Positions 41,296-54,959 of a DNA stretch of 64,000 nucleotides are shown here, piece after piece (the first letter of the stretch is position 1; every line of letters starts with the position of its first letter). The DNA is from Gnetum montanum (lineage: Eukaryota; Plantae; Gnetophyta). The notes under the pieces were generated by a model that made no database searches, was not told the origin of the DNA, and worked only from the letters and a program-made list of their open reading frames with translations. The DNA lies in the NCBI GenBank assembly GCA_015680685.1, contig MNCI01002402.1:1-64000 (forward strand). The letters are read 5' to 3'. Both the position numbers and the translations under genes were made by a program.

Positions 41296-43266
41296 ATGTA
41301 ATCAAGCAAAGATCAAGTGTTACTAAGGTGAAAATATTTATCATTAATGAATGTATACCATACTCATGACCTTAATTTCATTAAGTTCTTTAGTTTAGAT
41401 TATTATAGAGTTAGTAAAATTGTTAGGACAAATTCCCAAAAAGTGTTTATCTTCTTTTACAACCCTTCACAATTGGTTCATTTTTCCTTATATGTGGCTT
41501 ATTATAATGGTTATAGCCCCTTGGGTAAAAAGATTAGGATTTCTAGCATTACCACAATTGATTTTTCAATATAAAACTTATAGTTTTTAACTTTCTTACC
41601 CTTATAATATCCTTTGGGTGATAGAAAATTTTGAAAAAGTGGTGCAAGTTTTTCATTCAAGCACCCTCCCCCACACAACTAACTTAAACACTCTAAGGTA
41701 AAATAGGTTCAAATGATATGAGCATTGAAGTGGTAGAGAGCCAAATATCGCAAGTTGTAGTTAGTTGTGTAGAGCTCTAAGTTGCAAGAGAAAATTTGAA
41801 AAACTCCCCTAGTTGCAAATGATGAGAATGAAGTTTGAACATAGTAGGGGCCATCTATATATTGGTTTTATGCAACCCAATATTGGGTATCTAATGTCAT
41901 GTCCCACCCTATATCAGGTACTCAATATCAAGGTCCATGAATAAGCATCTCATGAGGGTACTGAGCATAAAAAATGAAGCTTTATGGTTGGTTGGAAGGT
42001 TTTAGGTTAGGTCCATAGTTCTGGGGTATGTAGAAAATCATATTAAGGCACCAAAAATGTGAGAAGATGGAGTTGTCAACATCAAAATATCTGGAAGAAG
42101 CAAGGAAGAGGGCATCAAATTGAGGTTGTGGATGGATCAACTTACATGAGAAGGGAAACTATTAAATTTAACAATTATGCACTTGGAAGGTTAAGAATGA
42201 TGTTGTTGTGTCAAACAAGTATAAGTCACAAAATTTACACAAGTGGATCCTTCCCAAAAAAGGCTCCAGCCTATGATGCCTTTTTGCAACCACACCTAAA
42301 ATTTTTCATAGGTACTAAAGGGATTGAATGCAATGCATACATGTGTATAAAAACACACATGTTAAAACCACTAATTTGAGATAATAACTCTATGTTACAC
42401 AAAACCACAAGTTAAGATCAGATGAACAATGAGATGAGATGGGTTGTAGAAAGGATTGCAAAAATTGGGACACGAGGTGTCTCACCATATGCGCAATGAA
42501 TCCTTGTGTGTTATCAATGGTTAAATAATCATGAGTATTTCTTTCCAAGATTCAAACCAAGTCCAACCCACATTTTAGTGACATTGCATCATTTCATCAC
42601 ATCAACGAACAACCATAAGACTATCATTATTGTAAGAAGTAACATCACTTGGTGTTTTGTCCAAGGGAGATACTTATTTATGGTACACATGTCGTTTTTT
42701 TAAATGGAATTTGTAAAAAGCTACTAACCTTCAAGCATGGATGCATGCCTTTCTAGTGGGAGCCACAAAAATTATTTAGTGCCTTTTGATGGCACTCTTA
42801 CTCCCATTTTTTGTTAAATCTACAAGGATATAATTACAACCTCAAAAAAATGATAGAACATACAAAAGTGACCAAAGAGAATCCACAAATCCCCTTGATG
42901 TCACACCCTTTACATTCCACCTTGGTTCTACACTCTTCTTCCTAGACAAAGTGATTATAGAGTAATTTTTAAGTTGGATGATGAAAAAGAATATCATTAT
43001 GACCAGGGCAAGAATCTCTTAGTAATGGGATGTGTGGATGGATGATGTGGCCTCATTGTCTAAATAATTAGTCCTTCATCACTCGACAACATAGAGAAAA
43101 CCTCACCTCAATGGACAACATGATCATTTTATTCATAGGTGAGATTACATAACAAAGAAAATGAAAAAAAAATAGAAAAAGTTGGAAGCAATCAAACAAA
43201 TTATATCAGGAAATAAGAAATTGATCAAAAAGTGTCAAAGAAAAAGATGGAAAATACTTATGAGTC

Positions 43267-45777
43267 CTAAAGAGTAGAATGAGGTTGTCCTTCATGACTA
43301 AACATTTGGCCGTGACAAGGATTAATAAGTGGATAGATAGGATCCATGCATGTATAAAACATTGGTAACCATTCATTCCCTAGCCACTGGGTTTCTGTTG
43401 ATGTTGTGGTGGCTGGGTAGACAAATTGATGATTACATACTTAATTGTTAAATGGATGGTGGATCAGGGTATGAGGTGTGTTAATGTTGTGGATTCTTGG
43501 CCCACTATTGCACTCTTGATCATGATATGATATGCAAGGATTTGTTGGTCTTCAAATTCTTGTAGATTCAATTCTTGCGTTTGGAATTGAAGTAATGATG
43601 GATGATGGTCCTTATGTAGGACCAGAGGATAGTGGTGATGAAAAGGAAGGTATTACACTAGATTGGTAGTGTGCTAGCTCAAATGATGTGGTAGATCCAT
43701 GAGTCTTTTGCTTCAACTTACAGCCTTTCCCAAAGAAGGGATGTTTCCAATGTAGCAATTAAGATCTACTGATGCAAGCCTATTTATGCACATTTGTAAC
43801 ACAAGTGGCATGCGTTTGTTGATATTATGGTGCAAAACCTTCCTATGTCCTTGGTGGTGACATGTGATGAGGTGGAGTATGAGAATATCAAGGGTAAGAT
43901 GGATGGTAAGAGGCACGAGATGGTGATTCCTTCAGGGATGTTATGGGTTGATGGTACTCAAGAGAGTGATAGTGGCAATTTAAAGTAGAGAACATAGAAC
44001 TAGTTGGAGAAATAGGATGCTGAACATAATATCCACATGGTTTCTACAAATAGGAAGGATAGGGCTGATTTGGTGATGGCCTCCCCCACGACTATGGTTG
44101 TTGCCACTATGGTTGATGATAGTTTTGAGGCTGGTAATAAGTCCCTCTAGGATGTACAGTTGGTTGTAGGGCTATTTATAATTACCTTGTGGAAGAGGAA
44201 ATCTCCTAGGAATGTAATTTTAAACAAACTTTAGATTTAAGGCATCTACCTAATACTCATGTAGATGCAACAAGACTAGGCAATGGCACTTCTAATGGTC
44301 ATATATGTAAATGTCACATCAATTATCTTCATCTATGGTTGATTCTATAACCTTACTTTCTTTAGCCATTTTTCTTGTTAGCTAAAAAGTGTTCCTAGCT
44401 ATTTCTTGGTTTTATATACTTTATTTATTGTGATCACTTGGATTTTTTTGCATGATCCTCTCCTTGATTGTCTCAACAAGAGTTATAACATTTTCATATA
44501 TCCATTTTGACATCCTATTAAACTTTGCTTCAAGTTCATTAACAAACTTCTGTATCAGCAAGGTTCATTGCAAGATCACCTTATCGAGAGTGGTTTCTTT
44601 CTCCTTACCATAGATATGGACCTTTGTCTATTAAAGAGTTGGATCCCACTAATATTTCTCGATGTTCTTCCATTTGCATATCTCTCCTTCTTCTTTTTCC
44701 ACACACTTTATTAGCTCTTGGATTTAATGGGCTTGTAGCTCATATAATTGACTTGGGACATACATCCCAAGGGTCTCCCTTGTTTCATTACAAAGCCCAT
44801 CTATGATGTTGAAAAGTTACGTTTCCTTAGAGAAACCATGACCTAGAAATTTATTCAATAGGGAATAATATCTATCTAAGGCCATGTCTAAGGGTTCATG
44901 TTGTTCTTGGTTACATCCTTAGATCTATCTCCTTAGGCTAGAAACCATCACATAGGTTTTCTATTTCTCGTTGAATAGTTCTAGCATTGTGGACCATCGT
45001 TAGATTGAATTTGGATTTAATAATCTATACCACACTTTGGCTCTATTAATTAGTATCCTAGGAAAGAGTTTAACCTTTTTCCACCCACTTTCAATGTTGT
45101 AGAAGTCATAGGCATCATGGAAGGCTTGTAAATGATGTTGTGGATCCAAATCATAGCCTCCTACAAATTTATAAATATTCTTCATATTAAGCATAGGTAG
45201 GAAACTCTCTTTGTATTGCTTATGAGATATCTTAATTGCCTTTGTGATCTGCATTAGGCTCCAAAGTGGGAAAAAAGGGTTCATTATCATCAAACAAGTT
45301 GTGATGAAAATTTATATTTGGTTGATTATTATGCTATTGTCTATGTTCAAGTTGATGACCATGAGTGTTCCTGTGGGTTCAATTTTTGTTTCTATTCCAA
45401 CCCTTTAGTGGAGCTTTATCTTCACAGCTATGTTCATCTTTATTAGAACTAGATGTTGAAGGGGGAGAGGAAGATGAGATACTAAAAGGATTTCCATGGC
45501 TTCTATGATGTTCCTCAAGGTTCTTTGATTTATCATTTTTGGGTTTTGAGGAGGTTTTAGGCCTTGAGGCCTACCATAGTTTAAGACTTACATCATATCC
45601 TCCAAGACTTTCTACCTTAGGTGAATGTAGTCTTTGAGTGTTGTCAAGGTAGTCATGAACATAAGAAACCCCTACGTAAGATTGGTCACTCCAATTTTCC
45701 TCATCATATATCTCAATAGTTCTCCAATGAATGTTTTCATTATAGAGTGCGTTATGACTTCCTTGTAAAAGAGACAT
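43267..45777 (-). pseudogene. gag of element B
   Basis: ORF 45000-45293 (KFVGGYDLDPQHHLQAFHDAYD..KVKLFPRILINRAKVWYRLLNPNSI) is a retrotransposon gag core. P/Q/H-rich C-terminus as in element A. Confidence 0.85.
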
Positions 45778-45902
45778 TATTGTTGGCTTATGGTGTGTGT
45801 GAGTTAATATTTTCTAAAGGATATATTATTGATATCTTTACAGTGATCATGTATGATATAAATAATCTAGATAACTAACACCATCCCTGATAATGAAACC
45901 AA

Positions 45903-46774
45903 TGATGAGTGGCGAGGTACCTCTACGTCCAACCATATGAATCATAAGCATTCATGCACAATCCAGTTAAATTCCATGGATGGAACTAGTTGTGCATCTA
46001 AATCATTATGCTTTGATTTTAGTTCATTGTCTTCCCACTTGGACTAGTGTAACTTTGTCATGTATGGCTTAATCCAAAGTGAGGCATATGATGTTATCTA
46101 ATTCTATACTTCTCCTAATGATGATAAAACGATAAATCAACTAAGTTAATGAATAATGGAAAATAAGATCTAAACTAGCCTATGTGCAATGAGTATCCAT
46201 TCCCAATTTTTTTTACATGCCTTGGACTTCATATAACTATCACTAGGATTACCAAGCATATATCATTGGGTGTGCCAAATGATAGAATATCGTATTATCA
46301 AGTACTTACACTTAAGTGCTCATGATTAAGTCATACTCATTTTGCTTAATGGTAAGAATAGTAAATAGCAATAAATTGAAACATTAACTAAAGAAAATAG
46401 TAAATAATTAAAGTATTAATATATCTAAGTGAATGTGGAAATGATATAAGTAATCTTGATCTTTATTTCTAGTCATGTAACATGTTCAAGTACATCACAC
46501 TTAAATAAAGGTGTCATATGATTACAAACATCACATTGCCAGCATGCACTAGGAATAACAAAACTTGAAATTAGAAATCTAAGAAAGACTATAAAAAATT
46601 GATAACTAAAACTATGTCCCAACTATGTGCCCAAGTGCTATATTTATAGGCTAGTACGAAAGAGACAATATCGGATATTCAACATCATTTCATGGGACTT
46701 AATATCACATATCTAATATTAGAGCCTCAATATTGGGAATCCAATATTGGGTCTGATATAATGATAACTCATCA
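45903..46774 (-). repeat. 5' LTR of element B
   Basis: tgatgagtggcgaggtacc...ataactcatca, next to the PBS and the TSD. Confidence 0.9.
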
Positions 46775-49648
46775 ATTGGCCTCTTGGATTCCTTAGCATT
46801 CTTCCTTCTTCCTCTTCCTTATTTTTAGAGTGAAACCTTCCTTGGGTTTCCATGTTAAGACTGAACTCTAGTTGTGGATTCATTAAGTGAAACACTAGGA
46901 AACTCAACAAACTGATTGATGGAGCATGCTACAAAATATATCACATGGCTATGATTTATGAATGTCAAACATAAATCATTAGTAAGATAAGGCTAAAATT
47001 GGTGTAAGGTTATGAAAGGGTAAAGGAAATGATATGGAGTAAGCACTTTTGACATTGTTAAATAAGCTAGCTGAGTCTCGTGTTGAGATTGCATGATGAC
47101 TTACTACTACAATAAGTAGCCTCTCTCTAATTACTTCAAGCTCATCATCCAAACAAAACTTAGAGAGATCATGAAAACAAGTTAAAGAATTATGAGATTA
47201 TGGGAGATAACATGGGACAACAAGCAAACATTGGCCACTATGAGATATGATTGGCATAGCTCAAGAATGATGTAGTCTTTCTTTGCATATTTATACAAAA
47301 TTTTTAGTATCTTGAGATGCCAAAGGGATATGTACCCATTAGGCTTGCTTTTTACACTCTACAAGATCCATCAATGTCACAGTCTCATTCAAGTCTACAA
47401 ACAAAGGCCAATAATGGTAAAAGCAAACATGTCAACTTTAGACATAGTAAGGGCCATATGAAGACTTTAATATTACCTTGTAGGGATTTGGTGATGCTTG
47501 GGAAAATTGATGTTTGAATGAAGAACTTAGTTTTTAGTGTTTTCTCCTCACCATTCTAGGTTGTAATGGAGGTTTCAACTAAGGTATCTTCTATGATGTT
47601 CCTAGTCTCAAGGTCAAGAGTAGTTAGGTCATTGTATGGTATTGAGGCTATATGGTCAAAAATGCTTCTAGGATTAAGGTTTAAGTATTCATGCTCAATT
47701 AGTCAATTGACATTATTAAGAGGGTTCACTTAAGCTTAAAAGAAATTCAAATCATTCCCACATTTTCCTCACTCAATCCTACATGTCAGTAAAGTCATAT
47801 CAAGTGGAATCTACATAATATGTTGGTCAAACAATGTCAAAAATATAGCAAAATGATTCAAAATAATGTTATTTGTTTATATTGGTCATTATATGGTCAA
47901 AAAAAGTAATAATTCAATGAAAAGGTAAAATATATATATAATAATGAGTTTTAACATTAAATAAGCTATGAAAGTGATGTAATTTCATCTTGTTAGTGTT
48001 TTTGCGTAGTTTTTATAGAGTTTGGGGTTAAATAAGCTATGAATTTTATCATCCCAACATTTTTAAGATAAAATAAGCTATGATTTCACTATCATAATGT
48101 TTTCAAGACTTGGTATTTTTTGGTCATGATTTGTGGAGCCCACATGTTAGCGTTTTCAAGCACATGGGCATTGTTTTGGGCTACAAAAAATAATTTCTTA
48201 GTAAATAACAACATGTGAGCTCAATTTCATTTTGTGTTACATTGTAACAACATTTTTAGCATGGACTTAGGCTTTTTGAACACTTGTGCATAGTGTGTTT
48301 AACTAAGAAGAAGAATTTTTTCACAAATCTTAGCTTGTGAGGTCGATTTCATTCTCAAATTCATCATGGTAGTGTATTTGCACATGCTTGGAATTACCAA
48401 ACTACCAAGGATTTTTGTATTTGGGAAAACATTGTATTTTAGCTTTTGGTGCATATTTTTTGGCACTATTAGTTTTTTCCTTGGCCACATTGATAGTGTT
48501 TTTGGGATTTTTTTCCACCCAATTTCAACACTTTTGACCTTTGCAGTTGAGAGAGGTAGCACAAAGGATTTTAGGCTTTGAATATGATTTTTAGAGGTTT
48601 TTCCAAGGTTAGTTGACAGCAAATTAAGATTTTTAGTATGCCAAAAACTAATTTTTATGCTATGTTTTGCCAAAATATGTAGTGTCCTTGGCCTCCTCCC
48701 TGCCTATGACAACATTATGAATTTTTTTCTTGCAATTTTCCTAGGGTTTTCCATGCCCAATTGATGATGAATTAGGTTTTTTTAGTCAATTTTTGGAAAA
48801 TTGGGTTGTTTTTACATTTGAACAAGTAGCACTATGATCAATTTTAGCTTGATAGATATTGTTCTTAGCATTTATGAACTAAAATTAATTTTTTAAATTT
48901 TTTCTTTATCCCTAGAAGCAATATTTCCCAAATTTTCCAAGCTCTATGCAAGATTATGAGATGTTTCCTATAGTATTTTTAGCTTTTGGTGCCTAGGATG
49001 ATAGTGTCTGATCTCTAAGGACTAGGTTGGTAGCATGTTTGACCTAGCATGATAGCTTTTGGGTTATCTTAACTAAATTAATAGCTTGTTTGGGCTTGTA
49101 TAATAGTGTATAGACTATGTCGGATAGGTTGACAATGTGTTTATATTAAACTAGTTGGTACAATGTATGGGAGCTAGATGAACAACATGTTAAACAATAG
49201 AAACCATTTTAACAAGGGAAAGTAGCATATGAAATTAATTTCCTTTTTTATTTATCGCCCCAACATGTGAAGCCCTTGGCATTTTTTCCTATGGTTTGTG
49301 GGGTCCAAATACAATTAATATTGACCATATTGATAAGGTGTTGAACTAGAAAAATCAAAATTTTCACCAAAAATACAACCTATAGATTTAATTTCATTTT
49401 TTATTTCACATACCTAAGTTGTTTCAGGTAGTCCTTATGTTGTTTAGGAAATCAAGCATAGTGTGTGGGAGCTAGAGGAAGAAATCTCATCAAACTTCAA
49501 CACGTGGCACTAATTTCATTTTTGATTTGATTCTCACAGCATGTGAAGAAGGTTGGAATTATAAAATTGATAAGGACATCATCCAATCCTTGTGTAATCC
49601 TCAATGTACATTATATATGTGGATGTGCTATTTGTGTGTGTCTTCTTA

Positions 49649-50810
49649 TGTTGACTTTTGATGATGATTCCAAGGTATTTTTCCATATTTGAGGGAGTTT
49701 TGAACTTATTTTAATGGGTCTAGGAGATTCTGGAGGCTCTGAAAACTAGTTGGAAGGTGTCCAAAGGTTCTAAGCATCAAAACAAACATCTTTTTATTTT
49801 TCACTTGCAAGTGAAATGTTCCAACTATAGGTTAGATATCCCAACTATAGTTGAGACATCTCAATTGTATTTAAGACATCTCATATGATTTTAGGATGTC
49901 CCAAATTTTAACAGACACTCTCAGATGAGATGTCCCATTCTTCTCTAAGTCATCCCATGTAGATTTTAATGAATATCAAATTGAATGGAAAATTGGAGGA
50001 AAGATGAAATATCACACCAAGAAGCTATAAATTAGAATCCAAGGGAGAAGGGTAATTTGGCTAATTAGAAGGAAGAAGATAGTATTAAGGAGAAGAGATG
50101 TTTATAGAATAAAACTTCAAGTGGGATTATTGTCTTTTATTTGGATGCAAGAGGATCTTTGATAGGGTTGAAGGGGATCTCAAATGCTAGGGTTAGATGA
50201 ACAACTAAGGTGAGAGGTAGAAAAGATAAAGTTCTTCTATGCATGAGTTACTTTATATAAAATAATACATGTGGCATTATGAATAATAGTAATTATTTTA
50301 ACATCTATATGATTTAGGCCTACCTACTTCATTATTTTCTCTTTCTATGAGTTTCTACTATTATGTTAGGGTCCTCAAGCTTTCTAAAAAGACTCCATAG
50401 GAGTCTCAAGATGACCTCAATATCTCAAATGGTTCCCAAACATATGAGAAAATAAGAAGAAATGAAATAGTTTTCTTTAACTTATCTATAGGATTAGGTT
50501 ATGAAAGTGTTAGCTAATACATGGTATTAGGGTTATGGATTCTTCTAGACAAATGTCAATGAATTGAGAATTTAGACACATGTCCCGTGATCATTGAGGT
50601 ATTTAGGTTAAAGAATGTTGGTTATATTATTATATTTTTCTAGTATTGGATTGTGAGTGATTGAGCTAGAGGGTTTTTCAAGTTCTTCTTGAGGTGGCTT
50701 CATGTCCCAGAATGAGTTCCTTAAGGGCCTTGAAGGGGTACCGACCCTTCTCAAGATGATCTCTAGGAGTAAGAAGTTTATTGAAAAAGAAACATAGGAA
50801 AAAATTACAT
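49649..50810 (+). repeat. LTR-like segment related to the 16381-17448 LTR
   Basis: Begins tgttgac. cacttgcaagtg plus a gatgtccca/gacatc array at 49801-49960 resembles 17028-17095. ctataaat at ~50025. Right boundary uncertain. Confidence 0.4.
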
Positions 50811-52739
50811 TAGTTCCCACTTAGGTATTAATATAAATCCTAATCATAGATTCCAAATGTGTGTTAAAGTTGCATGTGTATCTATAGGCTAGGTAAGTGG
50901 CATGTGTCACTATGTCTTTACATGTGTATGCCTATGAGTTTCATGACACATGTGAGAAAATTTATTATCTACTTTCTCTCATTACAACATATGCTATCTC
51001 TTTCAACTATATTTCTACCATAATTTCTCATGTGTTCTAGGGATCCTCAATGAGCCTAAAGGATCCTCAACTAATATTCCAAGAATAATCATCCATGATA
51101 AAATAGAAATAGCTCATTGTGGAAGAATCCACCAAGGTTTAGTTTAAGGGTCCCTTGATACCATCCTGTAATATTTGAGGATTTTTCAAACCATATTTTA
51201 TTTCCACATAATCAATCTCTACTAAAACACTATTATTTATATCATTAAAAAGTTTTGATTATCATATGTTGGAATAATAAAACATAGAAGTGATCTTGAG
51301 AAACATGATGGAATGATAGAATAACTTCCGTTTACTATCATAGGTACAATTTTTTATATTATCATAAACATAACTATTTTAAACTTTAGATATTTTTCTA
51401 GGATTTAATTATTAAATCTCTAGTAGACATGTTCAAATTTCTGAAATAAACTATGAGTTTCAGAAGGGTTTTAAATTTAGTTATTTTCTTGAATTTTAGC
51501 AATTTCCTTCTATCAAGTTCTTTGACATGTTTATGATATGTTACAATTCAAATAATTTATTTAATATTTCTTTGTTTATTTTGGATTCTATTCATGATTG
51601 TTGTTTGTTAAAAATTTTATAGTATTAGCAAGTCATAGATCCCAAAATGAATAAGATTGTAGTTAAGTTAGGTGATTCTAATTTTGAAGTTATAGCCCAT
51701 AGTGAGAACCATCTTGAATTACTTATGTTGAGTGGTTCTAAAGATGAGTCATTTCTTACCCTCAATTCTCTTCATGAGATCAATTCTATCCTTTTATTTC
51801 ACAACCTAGAAAATTTACAAACTAATACTATGGGAAATCAGGTTCATTTTTGTATTTAGGAGTACTTCCAATTAAGGTCTTAAAATGTTTACAATGAGTA
51901 TGGAACTATGAAAATATTTCATGATTTTAGATTTGAACAACCAAATGATTTTTTTTATATTCATAAATGCTTTTCTACTATCAAAATATGCTACTCAAGT
52001 TAAAATGTCATCTTGATTTGAACCTAGCTAGTCTATCATTAGATCTAGATTTTCTTAAGTCCACCCTCATGATTCAATTTAAAATTTATTATTCTAATTT
52101 AAATTTGAACTCCATTGGTTCTTAAGCTAACTATCAATTATATCTTATTTCACTATTTTGACAAAAAGTAAATGCTCTTTAATCTTCTTAATTTCCTATA
52201 AATTTACTATAAATCAACATAATGATTCTATGATAAAGCTCTTGTACATGCATTCTAGTTTATTTTAATTTAAGAGATCTCTATAACAAAATTTAATTTA
52301 GATAGAAATTTATAACTAAATTTTTGTAACTCTTATTTAGGTACATGATTCTCTTTGGATATCTCATAATACCTTTTTGATGACTTGCCATAACTAGAGT
52401 TTTAACATCTATAGAGACTACCTTCAAATATTTCACAATACCTTTCTAGTATTCCACTAAAGTTCATTTTGATTATTCATTTAGAGACATCAAGATATAT
52501 ATTTTTATTAAACACCTACCCAATTTATGCATGCAACAAATATTGGAAAGTAAATTTTACTATTTTTTTTATTAAGATAGTAAATAATAGGTACTAATCC
52601 TTCTATTAGCTAGATTTCCCAATCTTGGAGTTAATATGATTCTGGTAAAGGATTTTTCAAGCCACAACAATAATGATTAGTATTCACAAGTGAAATAGAA
52701 AATATAAATATTTTTTAAATTACTCTATCATATCTTGAT

Positions 52740-53340
52740 TATAAGGTTTGTTCTTATGACCGTTAACTACATACCTAATCCTATCCTTATCCTTTATTTC
52801 CATTGATCTATTTGTATTTATTAATTACATATGGCCCTATCCATTTCTAAGTAAATTTTTGTTTGTAATAATTAAATTTAGGATCAAATATTAGAACATG
52901 ATCTTCTATAGGAAATTTAATTTTTCTAATTTTCTTACCATGTAAGATTTTAGTTTTGTCTTGTTATAACTCTTTTCTAAGCAATGCATCTCTATGGATT
53001 TCATTTATATTTTATAAGCATCTTTTCAATCTTTCATCTAAATCTACATTATGGGTTTGGGGTATGTTCAAAGATTTTATTTTAAATTTAATAGTTTAAA
53101 GTGGGATTTTTCCATAAACTAATTCATACAAAGTTTCCCTTGTGGTATGCTTCCATGTTATTCTATGTGCCCATACTACCTTTGACAGTTTTTCAACCTA
53201 ATTTGTTTTCTTGGTATTAACTAATTTAGTTAGAATTCTAATAATTTTCCCATTTGAGACTTTTGTTTTCCTATTAGTCTCAAGATCATATGTTGTTCCC
53301 ATTCTATGTTCAATCCCATATTTGATTAGTAAAGCTTGCA
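52740..53340 (-). pseudogene. Ty3/gypsy (Athila-like) integrase C-terminal remnant
   Basis: Minus translation LQALLIKYGIEHRMGTTY..KLSKVVWAHRITWK..YELVYGK..KW.GPYVI..VVNGH..KPY. Confidence 0.8.
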
Positions 53341-53344
53341 ATAC

Positions 53345-54959
53345 CTGCCTTCGTAATATCTAACATACTCCTGGTTGCTAGCAGGGGTTCATTGTTCTCA
53401 TCTCTTTCATGGCATCTGTGGTGCCTACGTGGTTCCCTACTTTTCCTTCTATGCCTTGACTCTCTAGAATGCCCTCGTCCTCGCTCTCGACTCTCTCATT
53501 GAGCGTTCTCATTATGCTCATCCTTATCCTCACGGTTGTGTTCCTTGTGGCTACGTCCTAATGTGGAAGGAGAGGGTGAATGATGCGATGAAGGTGTAGA
53601 GGAAGGGGAACCATCACCATCATGATGTATCTTACCTTCTCTTCGATGGTTACAGCCCTGATCGTGATGACGATCCAAGTGCCCATCCTTATCATTTGTT
53701 TGTGTTCCCTCATTAAACACTTGGTGTTCATGGGGATCAGAACTAGGGTTGTGAATCATAGAGTGTAGGTTCTAATAGCCCACCTCCTCACCATTGTTAG
53801 GAGGGGGAACATCATTTGATAGAGAACATGTTATAACTGGTTCACCATATCCAATTTCGTTTAGGACATGCAGGACCCCTTTGCCTTTCGATGATGTATG
53901 GTAGCTCTTCTACCACAAGTCCCTTAAATGTTGTGCTGTTGTGGGATGGTAATCCCTTGTGTCATAATCACAAGTAATGTATTCAACATATAGTTGTGTC
54001 ATGCCTATCTGTGCAAGAGCACAAAGGAGCATGTTGAGGACTACACGATTTGGATGTAACACTATGTTACCTTGCAAATCTCGCCAACGCAGTTGTTCAT
54101 CCTAATGGAGGATAAAAGTAAAATCAAGTATATACTCATCGGGATGAATATATACCACCTGGTACTATTGAGAAACTGGTAGTTCTTGGTTATGTGTGTT
54201 AGACTGTCGACTATCTCTTTTGTGATCCCTAGGTGGTGAAGTGCTTTTATGAGAAGAATAAGACATTGTTTATCTTGTCGATGTGCTATTGACCATTGTT
54301 TAAATTTTTTTTGTTTAATACTAAGGGTTAATTTAAGCTTCCCAGTGATGTGGATGATTTCCTATGTTTTACTTAGCGCATAAACAACTTAGTCCTTGGA
54401 AACAGCACCAATGATGAGTGGCGAGGTACCCCTACACTCAACCATACGAATACGAGCGTTACACATGCGATTCGATCGAATTCTGCAGACTAACTGCCTA
54501 CACGCCTCATGGAACACTTAAGGTTAATCGTTCATTGTCTTCCCAGACTTNTAAAGAATTTAAATGATGAACAATAAATAATAGTAATTAAAGTCCTATT
54601 TAGCTTAGTCCATGCATTGCAAGGTTGATCCAAAAGTTCATCTTTATTTCCGTACACAAACTTGTGCTCAGGTACAATATTTGCTTGAATAAAGATATGT
54701 TCACTTTGGGTCTTCTACTACATGAACATGGAAAACATTCTATCTCTAGAGAGGTAAAACTGCCAGAGTTTCGCTAAGGTCTAGATATAGATGGAGAAAC
54801 AAGGGAGAGCCACCTCTTATTTATAGATTTGATGGCACGCTGCGATATTGCATACGTGATATTGCAGGGGAAGACATGATATTGCGTATGCAATATCGCA
54901 TGGGATGTGATATCGTGGTGGATGCAATATCGTGGCCCATGCGATATCGCTTCCCATCA
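53345..54959 (-). mobile_element. Truncated, younger Athila-like element C: 5' LTR (54412-54959), PBS (54393-54411) and gag 5' part (from ATG 54266)
   Basis: LTR ends tgatgagtggcgaggtacccctac / ttcccatca. PBS minus ttggtgctgtttccaagga. gag starts MSYSSHK. CpGs largely retained. N gap at 54551. Confidence 0.8.

Larger units (their letters stand above)
38264..46774 (-). mobile_element. Non-autonomous Athila-like element B: LTR-gag-extra ORF-LTR, pol missing
   Basis: LTRs 38264-39109 and 45903-46774. Perfect 5 bp TSD ATTGG (38259-38263 and 46775-46779). PBS 45883-45902 (minus: ttggtttcattatcagggat). PPT 39110-39120 (minus: tcatgtgggta). Confidence 0.92.

Noticed and set aside
46900-49640. Possible DNA-transposon or Helitron body, including ORFs 48299-48673 and 48366-48581 and three aataagctatga repeats
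   Set aside because: No termini, TSD or protein motif identified; ORFs are explained by base composition.
50820-52700. Possible antisense ORF or LINE RNase H downstream of the integrase remnant (ORF 51647-51859)
   Set aside because: Too decayed; no motif could be confirmed in a consistent frame.
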